Of a DNA stretch of 64,000 bases, positions 59,673 through 64,000 are shown in pieces (positions within the stretch are counted from its first letter, which is position 1; every line of letters starts with the position of its first letter). Source of the DNA: Oceanispirochaeta sp. (GTDB taxonomy: Bacteria > Spirochaetota > Spirochaetia > DSM-2461); contig CAXXOA010000002.1 in NCBI GenBank assembly GCA_963666275.2, positions 2,080,001 through 2,144,000 of the forward strand. The letters run 5' to 3'. A program made the position numbers and the translations under genes. The notes beneath the pieces are model-generated. The model was given only the letters and a program-made list of their open reading frames with translations, made no database searches and had not been told where the DNA came from.

Positions 59673-61288
59673 TGAAAGAGTTTCTGAAATCTACCATAGG
59701 AGAAAAGCTGAAAGAGACAGCTCTGCATTTTCCTCTCAGGACTGCTCTGAAGTCAGAGCGGGAAACTCTCAGCTATAGGGAACTGGACCTGATTACCGAC
59801 CGTATTGCAGCCAATCTTCTGGGTCTGGGCCTGAAAGCGGGAGACAAGGTTCTTCTGGTGGATGATAATTCGCTGCGGGGGATCTCTTTTTTCTATGCTT
59901 TACAGAAGATCCGGGTCATTCCTGTTCTGACAGGACCGAAAATCCTGCCCGGAGCCCTCCAGAACCTGATTGATCTGGTTCAATCCGATTATCTGGCCAT
60001 GGGGAGCGGAAAACACGCTCTCGAGCTCATGGACCAGATCCGCCTGAACAAGACCGATCTGAAAAGCCGTCTGGTCTTTTCTCTGGGCTATGAAGGTTAC
60101 CCGGGGCAGGTTGATTACTGCAGTCTCATAAGGGAACCCCGGGAGGTAGATCGGAAACATCTGGAGAGAGTCTTCCGGCAGGCGGATCCGGATGATACGT
60201 CCAGCATCCTTTTTACTTCCGGTACCACAGGAGTTCCCAAAGGGGTCAAAACCAGTCATTTTTCCTGGCTCAACAGCGGCTATTTCCAGGCCATTGATCT
60301 CGAGGCGAGTGAAAAGGATGTGTTCTGCAGCGTTCTGCCCATGTATCACTGTTTCGGTTTAAGCACCAACATCATTGCGGCTATGACCATAGGGGCATCG
60401 GTAGTCCTTCCGGAAGACCGCAGTCCCCGGGGAATCCTGAACGTTATTGAACGGCACGGGTGTACAATCCTGAATGCGGTCCCAACTGTTTTCTATCGTA
60501 TCCTGACATCCGGCAATTACCGGAAAAACGACCTCTCCTCTCTCAGAACCGGTATCATCGGCGGTTCCGGGTGCAGTCCCTCATTTTTCCGGGGAATAGA
60601 AAAGTCCCTGGGTATGACCCTCCTTTCCAGTCTGGGAATGACTGAAGCCACAGCAGGGATCACTGTCAGCACCATGAATGATTCCCTCGAACTGCGTTCA
60701 TCCAGTGTGGGCCGCTTTATGGACTGTGTTGAGGGGGCTATCCTAGATCCCCGGACTGGGGATCTTCTTCTGCCGGGACAGGTGGGGGAGATCTGCATGA
60801 AAGGATACCTGCAGATGCAGGGGTATTACGGAGCTCCCGCTCTTACTGCCGAGGTGATAGACCAGAATGGATGGCTCCATACGGGAGATCTCGGTTATAT
60901 GGACCATCAGGGATATTTGTATCTGAAAGGCCGGATCAAAGAGCTGATTATCAAAGGGGGTGAGAATATCTGTCCCTGTGAGGTGGAAAAAGTCCTGCTG
61001 GAAAACAATAAAGTGGCGGAAGCCAAAGTGATCGGTGTTCCCGATCTGCATTACGGGGAGGAGCTGTATGCATTTATAGTTCCCCAGCAGAATCAGGAAC
61101 TCAAGCTGGAGGAGATCTCTGCCTATACCCGGGAAAGGCTAATCCGGTTCAAGATTCCCCGGTATTTTTCCATTGTCGGAAATCTGCCGAAAAATACTAT
61201 TGGCAAAATCCAGGTGGACCATCTCAGGGAGACCGCCGTGAGGAATCTGGAGAGTGCTGAAAACAAAAAACTCCGCTACTATGAATAA
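59672..61288 (+). CDS. AMP-binding acyl-CoA synthetase
   Basis: FTSGTTGVPKG, LPMYHCFG, LGMTE, GWLHTGDLG, GRIKELII, PKNTIGKI. Confidence 0.93.
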   Translation: MKEFLKSTIGEKLKETALHFPLRTALKSERETLSYRELDLITDRIAANLLGLGLKAGDKVLLVDDNSLRGISFFYALQKIRVIPVLTGPKILPGALQNLIDLVQSDYLAMGSGKHALELMDQIRLNKTDLKSRLVFSLGYEGYPGQVDYCSLIREPREVDRKHLERVFRQADPDDTSSILFTSGTTGVPKGVKTSHFSWLNSGYFQAIDLEASEKDVFCSVLPMYHCFGLSTNIIAAMTIGASVVLPEDRSPRGILNVIERHGCTILNAVPTVFYRILTSGNYRKNDLSSLRTGIIGGSGCSPSFFRGIEKSLGMTLLSSLGMTEATAGITVSTMNDSLELRSSSVGRFMDCVEGAILDPRTGDLLLPGQVGEICMKGYLQMQGYYGAPALTAEVIDQNGWLHTGDLGYMDHQGYLYLKGRIKELIIKGGENICPCEVEKVLLENNKVAEAKVIGVPDLHYGEELYAFIVPQQNQELKLEEISAYTRERLIRFKIPRYFSIVGNLPKNTIGKIQVDHLRETAVRNLESAENKKLRYYE

Positions 61289-61467
61289 TCCCATTCACTT
61301 TTATAGTCCCAAAGGCAGCTGATTTTTTCTCTCTTTTATCATTAAAAATTACTCAGATAGACTTAATTCACCGGACGTAACCATTCAAAACTTGCTGAAG
61401 AACAGCCTTCTGGTTCTGCAGAAACCGGGATGTTCTATTTAAAAACAAAGAAAAGAGAATTTAAAAA

Positions 61468-62631
61468 ATGACTGGTCAAAGGAAAAACCCTGAAAAAGTG
61501 TCTGGAACAAATCCGCTTTACAGTGAAATATTTACCTCCGAATTCCTCCGGGGGGGGAATCATTCACAGAAATATCAACTGGTTTGCCTACTCGGTTATT
61601 CTTCTTTTCAGTCTATCCACCTGGCTTTTTCAGGGAAACAGCATTGCCGGGCCTGTAGGAGTGGCCCTAGCGATGTTTAATCTGGTATATAACTTTCTGA
61701 TCGGATATTTCATCAATGACTATAAAAGGATCCACTATATAGGTTATGTGACAATCACACTGAATATAATTTCCCTAACAGTCTATAACTGTCTGGATGC
61801 CATGAACAATTCATTATTCCTGCCGGCTACATCGGCTACACTTCTTCTGTTCCCAGTCATTATTTTTCTTGCCTCTCTGAGGATCAACCATAAACTAGTT
61901 ATTTTTTCGACAGTTCTTTCTGTTGCTTCAATGGATGGCCTTTACCTTTATGTCGCTCATTTTCATGATCTTGATATCCATACAAGTGCCCTCTCCACCG
62001 ACTGGCTCAGCCGGGGATATAGAACCATTTATCTGATTATGATCGGGTATATGATCTCCAGAATCCCGAAAACCATGTACAGGATTCTGGGAAAACAGGA
62101 AGTTCTGAGACAGGAGACTCTGGTTCATCAGACAAAAGCCGAAAAAGACCCGCTCACAACTTTACATAACAGGCATTATCTGAACTCCTACTTTGAAAAC
62201 TACCGTCAGGCCTCATGCCTGCAGAACCAGAAATTCGCTCTACTTTACATCGATATCAATGATTTCAAACAGATCAACGATACCTACGGGCATGACTATG
62301 GAGATTTTGTTTTAATCTCCCTGGGAAAGGATCTGAGATCTGCTGTAAGAGATGAGGATATTGTAGCCCGGCTGGGGGGGATGAACTTGTGATCCTTGTC
62401 AAACTCCAGCCGGACAGGAAGGGCCTTGATGAAATGACTCAGAGAGTCTCCCGGGCGGTTGCCAGCCCCCGCAGCTTTCAGGATGTGACATTTCATATCA
62501 AATGCAGCATCGGGGTCGCTGTCTATCCGGATAAAGCTTCCTCACTGGATGAGCTTCTGAAGAAAGCGGACCAGGCTATGTATTCCGTCAAAAAACAGAA
62601 AAAACACGGCGTGGCCTACTGTTCCGGGTAA
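61468..62631 (+). pseudogene. Membrane diguanylate cyclase (GGDEF) interrupted at poly-G tracts
   Basis: TM region, DPLTTLHNR, DINDFKQINDTYGH, RLGG/DEL split by G7 (62374-62380); probable second shift at G8 (61550-61557); SIGVAVYP...ADQAMY in the downstream frame. Confidence 0.8.
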
Positions 62632-62640
62632 AAAAGGTCT

Positions 62641-64000
62641 CTACAGGCTCTTCTGTTTCTCCAGATAGTAGGAGTAGTCTCCCTCATAGATTTTCATCTC
62701 GCCATGATCTATATGAAAAACCCTGTTGGCCAGGTGGCTCAGAAAGTAACGGTCATGGCTAACTACTATAACAGTGCCTTCAAACTCCTGCAGTGCCTCC
62801 AGCAGGACCTCCCGGCTGGCAATATCCAGATGGTTGGTCGGTTCGTCCAGTATCAGAAAGTTCAGGGGCTGAGCCAGAAGAGATGCCAGCATCACCCGGC
62901 TTTTCTCTCCTCCCGACAGGATCCCGATCTTCTTGTCCGCATCATCACCGGAAAACTGGAATGCCCCCAGCAGATTTTTGATGGTTCCCACTGACTCTCC
63001 CGGAAGAATGGCGGAAATCTCCTCGAATACGGTTCGGTTCGGGTCCAGAATATCCGATGAGTACTGACTGAAATAGCCGGTGCTCACACTGGCTCCGATG
63101 GCCGAGGTTCCTGAGGTGGCTTCGGTCTGGCCGCAGATCACTTTCAGCAGGGTCGACTTTCCCGCTCCGTTGACTCCGGTCAGGGCTATCTTGTTGCCCC
63201 GCTCAATGACAGCGTTGATCCCGGAAAAAACCTGATGATCCGTTCCGTCTTCCTGAGGCCAGGTTTTGGCCAGGTTTTCCATCTCAACCACCCTGTCTCC
63301 GCTACGGGGGCAGGGCTGAAACTGGAATTTCATTACCTTAGGATCCGGAGGTACCACAATCCTCTCCATCTTTTCAATCATTTTAACCCGGGACTGAACC
63401 TGGGCGGCATGGGAGGCCCGGGCGGCAAAGCGGGCAATGAACTCCTCTTCCTTGGCCAGCATGGCCTGCTGCCTTTTACTGGCCGCAATGAGCTGCTCCC
63501 GGCGGATCTCCCTCTCTCTCAGATAGAAGTCGTAATCACCGCTGTAGGTGGTGATGGTTTCTCCACCGGCCTCTATGGTACGGCTGCAGATCCGGGTCAT
63601 GAACTCCCTGTCATGACTGGTCATCATCAGGGCGCCTTTGAAAGACCCCAGCCACTGTTCCAGCCACAGGATCGATTCCATATCCAGATGGTTGGTGGGT
63701 TCGTCCATCAGGAGAACATCCGGATTCAGAAGCAGAATTTTCGCCAGGGCGATCCGCATTTTCCATCCTCCGCTGAAACTCTCCAGAGGCTGGTTCTGCC
63801 GGCTTTCGGGAATTCCCAGTCCGTCCAGGATCGCTTTGGCGCTGCTTTCCAGTTCGTATCCGCCCCGGTTCTGGTATTCCATCTGGACTTCTCCGTAACG
63901 GCCCATAAACCTGTCCATTTCCTCATCACTCATGGCGGCCATGGCCTCCATGTCCCCCATGGTGTGTTCCATGAGGGCTAGTTCTTCTCCCAGCTGATAG
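62641..64000 (-). CDS. ABC-F family ATPase (5' part outside window)
   Basis: FSGGWKMR, DEPTNHLD twice, GVNGAGKST, LSGGEKSR; no TM segments. Confidence 0.93.
   Translation of the reverse strand, partial: YQLGEELALMEHTMGDMEAMAAMSDEEMDRFMGRYGEVQMEYQNRGGYELESSAKAILDGLGIPESRQNQPLESFSGGWKMRIALAKILLLNPDVLLMDEPTNHLDMESILWLEQWLGSFKGALMMTSHDREFMTRICSRTIEAGGETITTYSGDYDFYLREREIRREQLIAASKRQQAMLAKEEEFIARFAARASHAAQVQSRVKMIEKMERIVVPPDPKVMKFQFQPCPRSGDRVVEMENLAKTWPQEDGTDHQVFSGINAVIERGNKIALTGVNGAGKSTLLKVICGQTEATSGTSAIGASVSTGYFSQYSSDILDPNRTVFEEISAILPGESVGTIKNLLGAFQFSGDDADKKIGILSGGEKSRVMLASLLAQPLNFLILDEPTNHLDIASREVLLEALQEFEGTVIVVSHDRYFLSHLANRVFHIDHGEMKIYEGDYSYYLEKQKSL

Noticed and set aside
236..63981. Long antisense or alternative-frame ORFs in the track (e.g. 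236..1231, 35975..36988, 37798..38973, 42468..43697, 49266..50714, 51700..52899)
   Set aside because: Shadows of well-supported genes on the opposite strand, with no family motifs

Overview
Bacterial chromosomal window, probably from an anaerobic free-living spirochaete (inferred from gene content, lipoproteins and MCP style; not certain). From left to right: (1) anaerobic cobalamin genes cbiA-C-D-L-F on the minus strand, divergent from a B12-riboswitch-led operon of lipoprotein CbiK plus a Btu/Fec-type ABC importer; (2) an internally deleted SRPBCC pseudogene, tandem MCPs, LacI, MFS, wrbA and DUF362; (3) selD-DUF3343-yedF and two hybrid kinases; (4) three AIM24/TIGR00266 paralogues behind an Mbh-ordered Mrp antiporter operon headed by a PII-like protein and a PTS EIIA; (5) a RAYT/Y1 transposase with GGGACGGAGG repeats, a decayed InlB/RCC1 lipoprotein and purC; (6) a UrdA-like FMN-binding flavo-lipoprotein with a Crp regulator, plus sensor kinases; (7) a ~14.6 kb LysR-centred catabolic island; (8) a poly-G-frameshifted diguanylate cyclase and a partial ABC-F gene. 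The island encodes two family III CoA-transferases, a 2-hydroxyacyl-CoA dehydratase-like pair (no activator in the window; one subunit appears to lack its Fe-S cysteines), a UROD-like protein, a CapA-family hydrolase, an acyl-CoA ligase, and TRAP and MFS transporters. Its two promoters share an identically spaced dyad. This island and the PII/EIIA-Mrp operon are the best candidates for undescribed systems. All calls come from motif reading; no searches were run.
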